DNA of 63,941 nucleotides, filler included. It is 18 parts of 18 records of this genome, joined end to end, with 100 filler letters (N's around TTAATTAATTAA, not from the genome) between each part and the next. Parts side by side here need not be neighbours in the genome. Positions count along the whole stretch, not along the records: positions 18,943 to 22,896 come from SRR11831580_2480; positions 22,997 to 25,305 come from SRR11831580_2497; positions 25,406 to 27,631 come from SRR11831580_2505; positions 27,732 to 31,631 come from SRR11831580_2510; positions 31,732 to 37,769 come from SRR11831580_2528; 13 more parts are not named here. The stretch is one strand, 5' to 3'. Shown here piece after piece: positions 21,101 through 35,387 of the stretch. How positions within the stretch are numbered: position 1 is the stretch's first letter; the number at the start of each line of letters is the position of its first letter. Below the pieces are notes generated by a model. The model was not told the origin of the DNA. It saw only the letters and a program-made list of their open reading frames with translations, and made no database searches. The translations under genes and the position numbers were made by a program.

Positions 21101-22810
21101 TTACCGCACCGGCTCCGTCGATGTAACTTCACCGCTGGAAACGATGCCAGCATTCATGGTTTGAGTCACTTGCTGCTTTGCGGCGTTCACGGCATGCAAT
21201 TGCCCGCTAACCGTAGGTTTCAACGGGACATTGGCCTGAATATCGCCACTGGCGGTAAGCTGAATATTGCCGTCGCCAGTCAACGGTAATTCAGGCCATC
21301 CCCACTGTTGCAAAATATTCACCGGCACACCGCGTCCATTCAGGCTGATATGTGTCTGACGTTGTGGCGTTTGTGAAACACTGGCGGTGGCTTCCAGAAT
21401 GCCTTTTTCAGTAAATGCACTCAGTTCGCTGATATTCACCGTGCTGCTGTTGGCGGTCAGCGCCAGCGACGGGCGACGAACATCAACACGATTGAATGTC
21501 GCGGCGGCGGCATTCAGATTCGCCGAGCCACTCCAGACGCCCCATTTATGATCGGTAACCAGCGTCAGGTTGGCACCGTAACCATCGAGCGCGGTGAGCT
21601 GCCACGGGAAGTCAGGGTCGATATCAATGATCAGATTGCGGCTGGCGCTAAATCTCTTCAGTTGCAGGCTGTTTAACCAACCGGGTGTCGTTTCCATCCA
21701 CAACTGTTGCCAGTTTTTCGGCAAGGTATATTCCAGCCCGGCAATTGCCGCATCATCAAGGATCAACGTTTTCCCGTCACGCAGCCAGTTCCCTGACGTT
21801 CTGACCATACCCCCTTCCCAGCGGCTGGTGAACTGGCGCAGCGCTACGCCCTGCGGGGAAAATTCCGTGTTTATAATCGGGTCAAATAAATGCAGCGAAC
21901 CATAAATGAACTCGCTAGCGTTCATCGACAGTTTGCCTTCCTGTGTCTGCCAGTCATCTTTACTGAAGGTCATGTTGCGCAAGCTGAGATCGAGGTCGGT
22001 CACCGCCCAGTCCGGACCTTGCAAACGAGCATCGATCACTTCCAGGCGACCAATCTGCAACGACGGGACAGAGCGTAATGGCGCAAAGAAGTCGGTTAGC
22101 GATTTTTCGCTTTGTAGACGTATATCCGCCATGCGCAGGTTTTCCACTTGCCAGCTGCCGTCGGCGTTACGCTGCGCGTTTCCGGTTAATGTCCCGCGGG
22201 CGATGTCGGCACCCAGGTTAGTCAGCGTAACGCGATCGTTATCAATACTGCCTTCAATCAGTACATTGGTGGCAGGAACATCATTGAGCGAAAGCGATCC
22301 GGCACTAAACTGAATCTGCGCCTTCGTACCCAGCACTTTACCGGCTTTTGGTGACCACGGAACTACGCCGCCATTTACCCGCTGCGCGCTCAGTTTCCAT
22401 TCGCTATTCGGGCTATTAAACGCCATATCACGCAGTTGCAGACGATCGGCTTTGAACGGTAGCGGCGCGGTCTGGTCGGTGAGATTCAGCGTCCCGTTTT
22501 CCAGCAGGATGGTATCGACATGGCGTGGTTCGGTCAGTTGCCGACTGCTTAGCGCAATGTCGACACTTTTGGCCACCAGGGTCGCGGGCTGGCCATCACG
22601 ACCAAACGTGACGTTCTCCAGCACGATATGAGATGGCGCGGAAAAACGGTGATCCATCGCCCCGAAGGCCAGATGATAGTCGCTATTCTCGGAAACCCAT
22701 GCGCTGATATGTTCTGCTCCCCAGCGGGTTTGCAGAAGAAAATAGAGGCCAGCGATCGCCACTAACAGAGCGATGAGAATGTAGAGAAGCAGCTTCCCAA
22801 TAAATTTCAT
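21101..22810 (-). CDS. yicH: AsmA-family protein YicH
   Basis: 569 aa from MKFIGKLLLYILIALLV; N-terminal TM anchor; convergent with yicI. Confidence 0.93.
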   Translation of the reverse strand: MKFIGKLLLYILIALLVAIAGLYFLLQTRWGAEHISAWVSENSDYHLAFGAMDHRFSAPSHIVLENVTFGRDGQPATLVAKSVDIALSSRQLTEPRHVDTILLENGTLNLTDQTAPLPFKADRLQLRDMAFNSPNSEWKLSAQRVNGGVVPWSPKAGKVLGTKAQIQFSAGSLSLNDVPATNVLIEGSIDNDRVTLTNLGADIARGTLTGNAQRNADGSWQVENLRMADIRLQSEKSLTDFFAPLRSVPSLQIGRLEVIDARLQGPDWAVTDLDLSLRNMTFSKDDWQTQEGKLSMNASEFIYGSLHLFDPIINTEFSPQGVALRQFTSRWEGGMVRTSGNWLRDGKTLILDDAAIAGLEYTLPKNWQQLWMETTPGWLNSLQLKRFSASRNLIIDIDPDFPWQLTALDGYGANLTLVTDHKWGVWSGSANLNAAAATFNRVDVRRPSLALTANSSTVNISELSAFTEKGILEATASVSQTPQRQTHISLNGRGVPVNILQQWGWPELPLTGDGNIQLTASGDIQANVPLKPTVSGQLHAVNAAKQQVTQTMNAGIVSSGEVTSTEPVR

Positions 22811-22996
22811 GGTCTTCCATCCCGTGAAATGCACATAAGGGAGTTATGCACGATTTACGCGCAATCCTCAAGGCGGGAATGGTTAAAGAGGTGAGANNNN
22901 NNNNNNNNNNNNNNNNNNNNNNNNNNNNNNNNNNNNNNNNTTAATTAATTAANNNNNNNNNNNNNNNNNNNNNNNNNNNNNNNNNNNNNNNNNNNN

Positions 22997-23020
22997 TGTA
23001 TGCTATACGAAGTTATTACG
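22997..23020 (+). other. Untrimmed remnant of the Roche 454 Titanium paired-end (loxP-derived) linker
   Basis: TGTATGCTATACGAAGTTAT (loxP spacer + right arm) followed by TACG, then mid-gene oppF. Confidence 0.88.
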
Positions 23021-23477
23021 GAAGCTGATTATCTGTGATGAGCCGGTGTCGGCGCTGGACGTGTCAATTCAGGCACAGGTGGTCAACCTGCTCCAGCAAT
23101 TGCAACGTGAGATGGGATTGTCATTAATTTTTATCGCTCATGACCTGGCCGTGGTAAAACACATTTCCGATCGTGTGTTGGTGATGTATCTCGGCCATGC
23201 GGTAGAACTGGGGACCTATGATGAGGTCTACCACAATCCACTACATCCTTACACCAGGGCATTGATGTCGGCAGTCCCCATACCTGATCCGGATCTGGAG
23301 AAGAACAAAACCATCCAGTTACTGGAAGGGGAATTACCGTCGCCGATCAACCCGCCTTCCGGTTGTGTTTTCCGTACCCGTTGCCCGATTGCCGGTCCAG
23401 AGTGCGCCAAAACACGTCCTGTTCTGGAGGGGAGTTTCAGACACGCCGTTTCTTGCCTGAAAGTCGATCCGCTTTAA
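23021..23477 (+). CDS. oppF: Oligopeptide ABC transporter ATPase OppF, 3' fragment
   Basis: [13 protein letters not shown] Walker B/D-loop, GCVFRTRCP, ends CLKVDPL. Confidence 0.95.
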
Positions 23478-23484
23478 AAACAAT

Positions 23485-23511
23485 AAGGGCTGACAGTTGT
23501 CAGCCCTTTTT
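23485..23511 (+). terminator. Rho-independent terminator of the opp operon
   Basis: AAGGGCTGACA-GT-TGTCAGCCCTT inverted repeat followed by T-tract. Confidence 0.8.
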
Positions 23512-23529
23512 CACGCTAAAAGCGATTAT

Positions 23530-25305
<1,776 letters not shown>

Positions 25306-25405
25306 NNNNNNNNNNNNNNNNNNNNNNNNNNNNNNNNNNNNNNNNNNNNTTAATTAATTAANNNNNNNNNNNNNNNNNNNNNNNNNNNNNNNNNNNNNNN
25401 NNNNN

Positions 25406-25436
25406 TGCCTGATGCGCTGCGCTTATCAGGCCTACA
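25406..25436. repeat. REP element
   Basis: GCCTGATGCGCTGCGCTTATCAGGCCTAC. Confidence 0.85.
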
Positions 25437-25462
25437 ATGAACGATGTAGACCCGATAAACCC

Positions 25463-26395
25463 TCAGCTTCGCGCTTTTAACGCGGCGATATCCGCAGGCG
25501 TGGTGCGACAGCACCCGCCAATCAACCGTGCGCCAGCGGCCTGCCACTGCGGCAGATAATCCGCCAGCTGCGCGCAATGTTCACCGTGATGATGCCAGGT
25601 TTTGCTCACGGCATCGTAATGCTCGCCCGAGTTCGGATACACCACCAGCGGCAGCACCGTTAAACCGTGTAAATGCTGCAACGCAGCGGTGGTGTTTTCC
25701 AGCGCAATACAGTTAATGCCTAGCGCCACCACCTGCGGATAACCCGCCAGCAACGCAACCACGTCACGCAGCGGCGTACCGTCGCTCAGGTGTTCGCTGT
25801 CGCGCAGGGTAAATGAGAACCACGCCCGCGCACGCGGATATGCGGTCAACAGCTCGGCCAACGCCTCAATCTCGGAAAAATTCGGCAGGGTTTCGCAGGC
25901 CAGCAGATCGGCCCCGGCATCCAGCAAGGCTTCCACGCGCGGGCGATGAAACGCCTGAAATGCCTCAACGCTACAATGATAATCGCCACGGTATTCAGAG
26001 CCATCCGCCAGATACGCGCCGTAAGGCCCGACGGATCCCGCCACCAGAAGCGTTCCCGCCTGCGGGTTCTCTGCCAGATACGCTTCACGGGCTTTACGCG
26101 CCAGCTCCACGCTTTTGCCAATCAGCGCTTTCGACTGCGCTTCATCCAGACCTCGCGCGGCGAAGCCCGCCGGCGTCGCCTGATAGCTGGCAGTGATCGC
26201 GCATTGCGCCCCCGCCCGGTAGTAATCAAGATGCACTTCGCGGATAAGCTCCGGGTTTTCTACCAGCACTTTGGCTGACCACAGGCTGTCGGCTAAGTTA
26301 CACCCTCGCGCTTCCAGCTCCGTCGCCATCGCGCCATCCAGCAGCAGGATATCCTGTTTATCAAGAAGAGCGCGTAACGGATTATTCTGCGACAT
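25463..26395 (-). CDS. mmuM: Homocysteine S-methyltransferase MmuM
   Basis: 310 aa; [14 protein letters not shown] and IGGCC Zn-binding motifs. Confidence 0.96.
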
Positions 26396-27631
26396 GTTCT
26401 GGCTCCTGTTTTGCGTTTCGGGGTTGAGTAAGGAAATAAGCACCATAGCACAACGCAACAAACGGTAACCCGCACCACAACGCAATTCTCTGCGCTGGAT
26501 CGAATGCCAGCCCAACACAGGCCACCAGGCACAGCACAAAACCTAATACTGGCACCAGCGGATACCACGGCGCGCGATAATGTAATTCACTCAATGCCTT
26601 ACCTTGTTGCAGATGACGGCGACGAAAAACAAAATGCGAGGCGCAGATACTCAGCCACACCGCTACCACCGCAAACCCGGAGATTGCCGACAGCGCAACA
26701 AATACCGTGTCCGGGGCCACCACGCTGGAAAACAGCGCCAGCACACCACCGAGCATACTGACCGACAGCGCCGTCAGTGGCACGCCGTTTTTCGTTACTC
26801 GCGCAAAACAGGCCGGTAGCGTACGTTCATTCGACAACGACCACAGCATGCGCCCGGAGGCATATAACCCGGAGTTCGCTGCAGAAAGAATAGCCGTCAG
26901 GATCACGAAGTTAAAAATATCAGCGGCGTACGGGATCCCTACTTTCTCAAATACCAGCACAAACGGGCTTTTCTCCACGCCCACCTGCTGCATCGGGATC
27001 AGCGCTGCCAGCACAAACACGGTGCCGATAAAGAAAATAATCAGTCGCGCGATGGTAGTACGAATCGCTACCGGGATAACTTTGCGCGGGTTTTCCGTTT
27101 CACCGGCGGCAATGCCGATAAGCTCGGTACCCGAAAAAGCAAAGTTCACTGCCACCATAGTCATCAAAATCGGTAAGCCACCGTGCGGGAACCAGCCTTC
27201 TGCCGTGATATTACTCAGCCCCGGCGCGGGCGAGCCATCCTGCATCGGAATAAAGCCGAAAATCGCCGCCCCACCGAGGATGATAAAGGCGATGATAGTG
27301 ACCACTTTGACCAGCGAGAACCAGAACTCCCCTTCGGCAAAAAAGCGCGTGGAGATAACATTCAGACCAAAAATAATCGCGCAGAACACCACGCACCAGA
27401 CCCATACCGGCACCTGTGGAAACCAGTACTGCATACAGAATCCAGCGGCGGTAAAGCTCGAACCCAGCGCCACGGTCCAGGTCAGCCAGTAAAGCCAGGC
27501 CACGGTATACCCGGTAGCCGGACCAAGATAGCGCGCGGCATAAACGTGAAACGCTCCGGTCTCCGGCATCGCGACCGACAGCTCGCCCAGACACTGCATA
27601 ACCAGCCAGACCACCAGCGCACCAATCAGAT
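26382..27631 (-). CDS. mmuP: S-methylmethionine permease MmuP, 5'-truncated
   Basis: APC transporter motifs ([16 protein letters not shown]); overlaps the mmuM start. Confidence 0.94.
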
Positions 27632-27731
27632 NNNNNNNNNNNNNNNNNNNNNNNNNNNNNNNNNNNNNNNNNNNNTTAATTAATTAANNNNNNNNNNNNN
27701 NNNNNNNNNNNNNNNNNNNNNNNNNNNNNNN

Positions 27732-29142
27732 AACGCTGATGAAAGTGCTGTGTGGTATTTATCCCCATGGCTCCTACGAAGGCGAAATTATTTTTGCGGG
27801 AGAAGAGATTCAGGCGAGTCACATCCGCGATACCGAACGCAAAGGTATCGCCATCATTCATCAGGAATTGGCCCTGGTGAAAGAATTGACCGTGCTGGAA
27901 AATATCTTCCTGGGTAACGAAATAACCCACAATGGCATTATGGATTATGACCTGATGACGCTACGCTGTCAGAAGCTGCTCGCACAGGTCAGTTTATCCA
28001 TTTCACCTGATACCCGCGTTGGCGATTTAGGGCTTGGGCAACAACAACTGGTTGAAATTGCCAAGGCACTTAATAAACAGGTGCGCTTGTTAATTCTCGA
28101 TGAACCGACAGCCTCATTAACTGAGCAGGAAACGTCGATTTTACTGGATATTATTCGCGATCTACAACAGCACGGTATCGCCTGTATTTATATTTCGCAC
28201 AAACTCAACGAAGTCAAAGCGATTTCCGATACGATTTGCGTTATTCGCGACGGACAGCACATTGGTACGCGTGATGCTGCCGGAATGAGTGAAGACGATA
28301 TTATCACCATGATGGTCGGGCGAGAGTTAACCGCGCTTTACCCTAATGAACCACATACCACCGGAGATGAAATATTACGTATTGAACATCTGACGGCATG
28401 GCATCCGGTTAATCGTCATATTAAACGAGTTAATGATGTCTCGTTTTCCCTGAAACGTGGCGAAATATTGGGTATTGCCGGACTCGTTGGTGCCGGACGT
28501 ACCGAGACCATTCAGTGCCTGTTTGGTGTGTGGCCCGGACAATGGGAAGGAAAAATTTATATTGATGGCAAACAGGTAGATATTCGTAACTGTCAGCAAG
28601 CCATCGCCCAGGGGATTGCGATGGTCCCCGAAGACAGAAAGCGCGACGGCATCGTTCCGGTAATGGCGGTTGGTAAAAATATTACCCTCGCCGCACTCAA
28701 TAAATTTACCGGTGGCATTAGCCAGCTTGATGACGCGGCAGAGCAAAAATGTATTCTGGAATCAATCCAGCAACTCAAAGTTAAAACGTCGTCCCCCGAC
28801 CTTGCTATTGGACGTTTGAGCGGCGGCAATCAGCAAAAAGCGATCCTCGCTCGCTGTCTGTTACTTAACCCGCGCATTCTCATTCTTGATGAACCCACCA
28901 GGGGTATCGATATTGGCGCGAAATACGAGATCTACAAATTAATTAACCAACTCGTCCAGCAGGGTATTGCCGTTATTGTCATCTCTTCCGAATTACCTGA
29001 AGTGCTCGGCCTTAGCGATCGTGTACTGGTGATGCATGAAGGGAAACTAAAAGCCAACCTGATAAATCATAACCTGACTCAGGAGCAGGTGATGGAAGCC
29101 GCATTGAGGAGCGAACATCATGTCGAAAAGCAATCCGTCTGA
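27732..29142 (+). CDS. xylG: D-xylose ABC transporter ATPase XylG, 5'-truncated
   Basis: Tandem ABC domains, [17 protein letters not shown]. Confidence 0.96.
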
Positions 29143-30301
29143 AGTGAAATTGGCCGTACCGACATCCGGTGGCTTCTCCGGGCTGAAATCACTGAATTTG
29201 CAGGTCTTCGTGATGATTGCAGCTATCATCGCAATCATGCTGTTCTTTACCTGGACCACCGATGGTGCCTACTTAAGCGCCCGTAACGTCTCCAACCTGT
29301 TACGCCAGACCGCGATTACCGGCATCCTCGCGGTAGGAATGGTGTTCGTCATAATTTCTGCTGAAATCGACCTTTCCGTCGGCTCAATGATGGGGCTGTT
29401 AGGTGGCGTCGCGGCGATTTGTGACGTCTGGTTAGGCTGGCCTTTGCCACTTACCATCATTGTGACGCTGGTTCTGGGACTGCTTCTCGGTGCCTGGAAC
29501 GGATGGTGGGTCGCGTACCGTAAAGTCCCTTCATTTATTGTCACCCTCGCGGGCATGTTGGCATTTCGCGGCATACTCATTGGCATCACCAACGGCACGA
29601 CTGTATCCCCCACCAGCGCCGCGATGTCACAAATTGGGCAAAGCTATCTCCCCGCCAGTACCGGCTTCATCATTGGCGCGCTTGGCTTAATGGCTTTTGT
29701 TGGTTGGCAATGGCGCGGAAGAATGCGCCGTCAGGCTTTGGGTTTACAGTCTCCGGCCTCTACCGCAGTAGTCGGTCGCCAGGCTTTAACCGCTATCATC
29801 GTATTAGGCGCAATCTGGCTGTTGAATGATTACCGTGGCGTTCCCACTCCTGTTCTGCTGCTGACGTTGCTGTTACTCGGCGGAATGTTTATGGCAACGC
29901 GGACGGCATTTGGACGACGCATTTATGCCATCGGCGGCAATCTGGAAGCAGCACGTCTCTCCGGGATTAACGTTGAACGCACCAAACTTGCCGTGTTCGC
30001 GATTAACGGATTAATGGTAGCCATCGCCGGATTAATCCTTAGTTCTCGACTTGGCGCTGGTTCACCTTCTGCGGGAAATATCGCCGAACTGGACGCAATT
30101 GCAGCATGCGTGATTGGCGGCACCAGCCTGGCTGGCGGTGTGGGAAGCGTTGCCGGAGCAGTAATGGGGGCATTTATCATGGCTTCACTGGATAACGGCA
30201 TGAGTATGATGGATGTACCGACCTTCTGGCAGTATATCGTTAAAGGTGCGATTCTGTTGCTGGCAGTATGGATGGACTCCGCAACCAAACGCCGTTCTTG
30301 A
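29120..30301 (+). CDS. xylH: D-xylose ABC transporter permease XylH
   Basis: 393-aa membrane protein, IDLSVGS motif. Confidence 0.96.
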
Positions 30302-30378
30302 TTTTGATAAAAATTTTCTCAAAGCCGGTTACGTATTACCGGTTTTGAGTTTTTGCATGATTCAGCAGGAAAAGAACC

Positions 30379-31557
30379 ATGTTTACTAAACGTCACCGCA
30401 TCACATTACTGTTCAATGCCAATAAAGCCTATGACCGGCAGGTAGTAGAAGGCGTAGGGGAATATTTACAGGCGTCACAATCGGAATGGGATATTTTCAT
30501 TGAAGAAGATTTCCGCGCCCGCATTGATAAAATCAAGGACTGGTTAGGAGATGGCGTCATTGCCGACTTCGACGACAAACAGATCGAGCAAGCGCTGGCT
30601 GATGTCGACGTCCCCATTGTTGGGGTTGGCGGCTCGTATCACCTTGCAGAAAGTTACCCACCCGTTCATTACATTGCCACCGATAACTATGCGCTGGTTG
30701 AAAGCGCATTTTTGCATTTAAAAGAGAAAGGCGTTAACCGCTTTGCTTTTTATGGTCTTCCGGAATCAAGCGGCAAACGTTGGGCCACTGAGCGCGAATA
30801 TGCATTTCGTCAGCTTGTCGCCGAAGAAAAGTATCGCGGAGTGGTTTATCAGGGGTTAGAAACCGCGCCAGAGAACTGGCAACACGCGCAAAATCGGCTG
30901 GCAGACTGGCTACAAACGCTACCACCGCAAACCGGGATTATTGCCGTTACTGACGCCCGAGCGCGGCATATTCTGCAAGTATGTGAACATCTACATATTC
31001 CCGTACCGGAAAAATTATGCGTGATTGGCATCGATAACGAAGAACTGACCCGCTATCTGTCGCGTGTCGCCCTTTCTTCGGTCGCTCAGGGCGCGCGGCA
31101 AATGGGCTATCAGGCGGCAAAACTGTTGCATCGATTATTAGATAAAGAAGAAATGCCGCTACAGCGAATTTTGGTCCCACCAGTTCGCGTCATTGAACGG
31201 CGCTCAACAGATTATCGCTCGCTGACCGATCCCGCCGTTATTCAGGCCATGCATTACATTCGTAATCACGCCTGTAAAGGGATTAAAGTGGATCAGGTAC
31301 TGGATGCGGTCGGGATCTCGCGCTCCAATCTTGAGAAGCGTTTTAAAGAAGAGGTGGGTGAAACCATCCATGCCATGATTCATGCCGAGAAGCTGGAGAA
31401 AGCGCGCAGTCTGCTGATTTCAACCACCTTGTCGATCAATGAGATATCGCAAATGTGCGGTTATCCATCGCTGCAATATTTCTACTCTGTTTTTAAAAAA
31501 GCATATGACACGACGCCAAAAGAGTATCGCGATGTAAATAGCGAGGTCATGTTGTAG
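30379..31557 (+). CDS. xylR: Xylose operon activator XylR
   Basis: 392 aa; PBP-like N-terminal domain + AraC C-terminal domain. Confidence 0.97.
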   Translation: MFTKRHRITLLFNANKAYDRQVVEGVGEYLQASQSEWDIFIEEDFRARIDKIKDWLGDGVIADFDDKQIEQALADVDVPIVGVGGSYHLAESYPPVHYIATDNYALVESAFLHLKEKGVNRFAFYGLPESSGKRWATEREYAFRQLVAEEKYRGVVYQGLETAPENWQHAQNRLADWLQTLPPQTGIIAVTDARARHILQVCEHLHIPVPEKLCVIGIDNEELTRYLSRVALSSVAQGARQMGYQAAKLLHRLLDKEEMPLQRILVPPVRVIERRSTDYRSLTDPAVIQAMHYIRNHACKGIKVDQVLDAVGISRSNLEKRFKEEVGETIHAMIHAEKLEKARSLLISTTLSINEISQMCGYPSLQYFYSVFKKAYDTTPKEYRDVNSEVML

Positions 31558-31603
31558 CGATGATGAGAATTGTCGGCGTCACATCAGGTAACGCTGCGTG
31601 GTT

Positions 31604-31631
31604 GTCGGATGCGGCGTGAACGCCTTATCCG
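31604..31631. repeat. REP element truncated at contig end
   Basis: GTCGGATGCGGCGTGAACGCCTTATCCG. Confidence 0.85.
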
Positions 31632-31735
31632 NNNNNNNNNNNNNNNNNNNNNNNNNNNNNNNNNNNNNNNNNNNNTTAATTAATTAANNNNNNNNNNNNN
31701 NNNNNNNNNNNNNNNNNNNNNNNNNNNNNNNTTAC

Positions 31736-31810
31736 GCCTGATGCGCTGCGCTTATCAGGCCTACGAGACGTATCTACCCGTAGGCCGGATAAGGCGTAGA
31801 CGCATCCGGC
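31736..31810. repeat. REP pair upstream of deoA
   Basis: GCCTGATGCGCTGCGCTTATCAGGCCTAC and inverted GTAGGCCGGATAAGGCGTAGACGCATCCGGC. Confidence 0.88.
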
Positions 31811-31847
31811 AAAAGCCGCCTCATACTCTTTTCCTCGGGAGGTTACC

Positions 31848-33170
31848 TTGTTTCTCGCACAAGAAATTATTCGTAAAAAACGTGATGGTCATGCGCTGAG
31901 CGATGAAGAAATTCGTTTCTTTATCAACGGTATTCGCGACAACACTATCTCCGAAGGGCAGATTGCCGCCCTCGCGATGACCATTTTCTTCCACGATATG
32001 ACAATGCCTGAGCGTGTCTCGCTGACCATGGCGATGCGAGATTCAGGAACCGTTCTCGACTGGAAAAGCCTGCATCTGAATGGCCCGATTGTTGATAAAC
32101 ACTCCACCGGTGGCGTCGGCGATGTGACTTCGCTGATGTTGGGGCCGATGGTCGCAGCCTGCGGCGGCTATATTCCGATGATCTCTGGTCGCGGCCTCGG
32201 TCATACTGGCGGTACGCTCGACAAACTGGAATCCATCCCTGGCTTCGACATTTTCCCGGATGACAACCGTTTCCGCGAAATTATTAAAGACGTCGGCGTG
32301 GCGATTATCGGTCAGACCAGTTCACTGGCTCCGGCTGATAAACGTTTCTACGCGACCCGTGATATTACCGCAACCGTGGACTCCATCCCGCTGATCACCG
32401 CCTCTATTCTGGCGAAGAAACTTGCGGAAGGTCTGGACGCGCTGGTGATGGACGTGAAAGTGGGTAGCGGCGCGTTTATGCCGACCTACGAACTCTCTGA
32501 AGCCCTTGCCGAAGCGATTGTTGGCGTGGCTAACGGCGCTGGCGTGCGCACCACCGCGCTGCTCACCGACATGAATCAGGTACTGGCCTCCAGTGCAGGT
32601 AACGCGGTTGAAGTTCGTGAAGCGGTGCAGTTCCTGACGGGTGAATATCGTAACCCGCGTCTGTTTGATGTCACGATGGCGCTGTGCGTGGAGATGCTGA
32701 TCTCCGGCAAACTGGCGAAAGATGACGCCGAAGCGCGCGCGAAATTGCAGGCGGTGCTGGACAACGGTAAAGCGGCAGAAGTCTTTGGTCGTATGGTAGC
32801 GGCACAAAAAGGCCCGACCGACTTCGTTGAGAACTACGCGAAGTATCTGCCGACAGCGATGCTGACGAAAGCAGTCTATGCTGATACCGAAGGTTTTGTC
32901 AGTGAAATGGATACCCGCGCGCTGGGGATGGCAGTGGTTGCAATGGGCGGCGGACGCCGTCAGGCATCTGACACCATCGATTACAGCGTCGGCTTTACTG
33001 ATATGGCGCGTCTGGGCGACCAGGTAGACGGTCAGCGTCCGCTGGCGGTTATCCACGCGAAAGACGAAAACAACTGGCAGGAAGCGGCGAAAGCGGTGAA
33101 AGCGGCAATTAAACTTGCCGATAAAGCACCGGAAAGCACACCAACTGTCTATCGCCGTATCAGCGAATAA
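31848..33170 (+). CDS. deoA: Thymidine phosphorylase
   Basis: 440 aa, TTG start after [15 protein letters not shown] and [11 protein letters not shown] motifs. Confidence 0.98.
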
Positions 33171-33200
33171 CGGTATACTGATCTGATCATTTAAATTTGA

Positions 33201-34445
<1,245 letters not shown>

Positions 34446-34501
34446 TGGATTTGGGCGGAGCGTTGACTCCGCCTTTGTTATGTCACAAAAAGGATAAAAC
34501 A

Positions 34502-35221
34502 ATGGCTACCCCACACATTAATGCAGAAATGGGCGATTTCGCTGACGTAGTTTTGATGCCAGGCGACCCGCTGCGTGCGAAGTATATTGCTGAAACTTTC
34601 CTTGAAGATGCCCGTGAAGTGAACAACGTTCGCGGTATGCTGGGCTTCACCGGTACTTACAAAGGCCGCAAAATTTCCGTAATGGGTCACGGTATGGGTA
34701 TCCCGTCCTGCTCCATCTACACCAAAGAACTGATCACCGATTTCGGCGTGAAGAAAATTATCCGCGTGGGTTCCTGTGGCGCAGTTCTGCCGCACGTAAA
34801 ACTGCGCGACGTCGTTATCGGTATGGGTGCCTGCACCGATTCCAAAGTTAACCGCATCCGTTTTAAAGACCATGACTTTGCCGCTATCGCTGACTTCGAC
34901 ATGGTGCGTAACGCAGTAGATGCAGCTAAAGCACTGGGTATTGATGCTCGCGTGGGTAACCTGTTCTCCGCTGACCTGTTCTACTCTCCGGACGGCGAAA
35001 TGTTCGACGTGATGGAAAAATACGGCATTCTCGGCGTGGAAATGGAAGCGGCTGGTATCTACGGCGTCGCTGCAGAATTTGGCGCGAAAGCCCTGACCAT
35101 CTGCACCGTATCTGACCACATCCGCACTCACGAGCAGACCACTGCCGCTGAGCGTCAGACTACCTTCAACGACATGATCAAAATCGCACTGGAATCCGTT
35201 CTGCTGGGCGATAAAGAGTAA
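34502..35221 (+). CDS. deoD: Purine nucleoside phosphorylase
   Basis: 239 aa [29 protein letters not shown] motif. Confidence 0.98.
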
Positions 35222-35252
35222 TTGTGTTTCGCTGCAAGGCGATTGCCTTGTG

Positions 35253-35283
35253 AAGCCGGAGCGGGAGACTGCTCCGGCTTTTT
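35253..35283 (+). terminator. Rho-independent terminator of the deo operon
   Basis: AAGCCGGAGC...GCTCCGGCTTTTT. Confidence 0.8.
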
Positions 35284-35351
35284 AGTATCTATTCATTTTT
35301 CTCTCCAGCTTGAATATTTTCGCTATACTTTTCAGTGAAATGTGTTAATAA

Positions 35352-35384
35352 ATCTATTCAAGTATCTATTCACGAATCTATTCA
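35352..35384 (+). promoter_or_regulatory. Three ATCTATTCA direct repeats with a 12-bp period (fourth copy at 35287) abutting the yjjJ start; putative operator
   Basis: Exact 9-mer at 35287, 35352, 35364 and 35376; function is inferred. Confidence 0.4.
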
Positions 35385-35387
35385 TTA

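Noticed and set aside
22997-23016. Engineered Cre/lox scar or phage P1 loxP in oppF
   Set aside because: Sits at a contig edge, is incomplete, and is followed by TACG matching the 454 Titanium linker.
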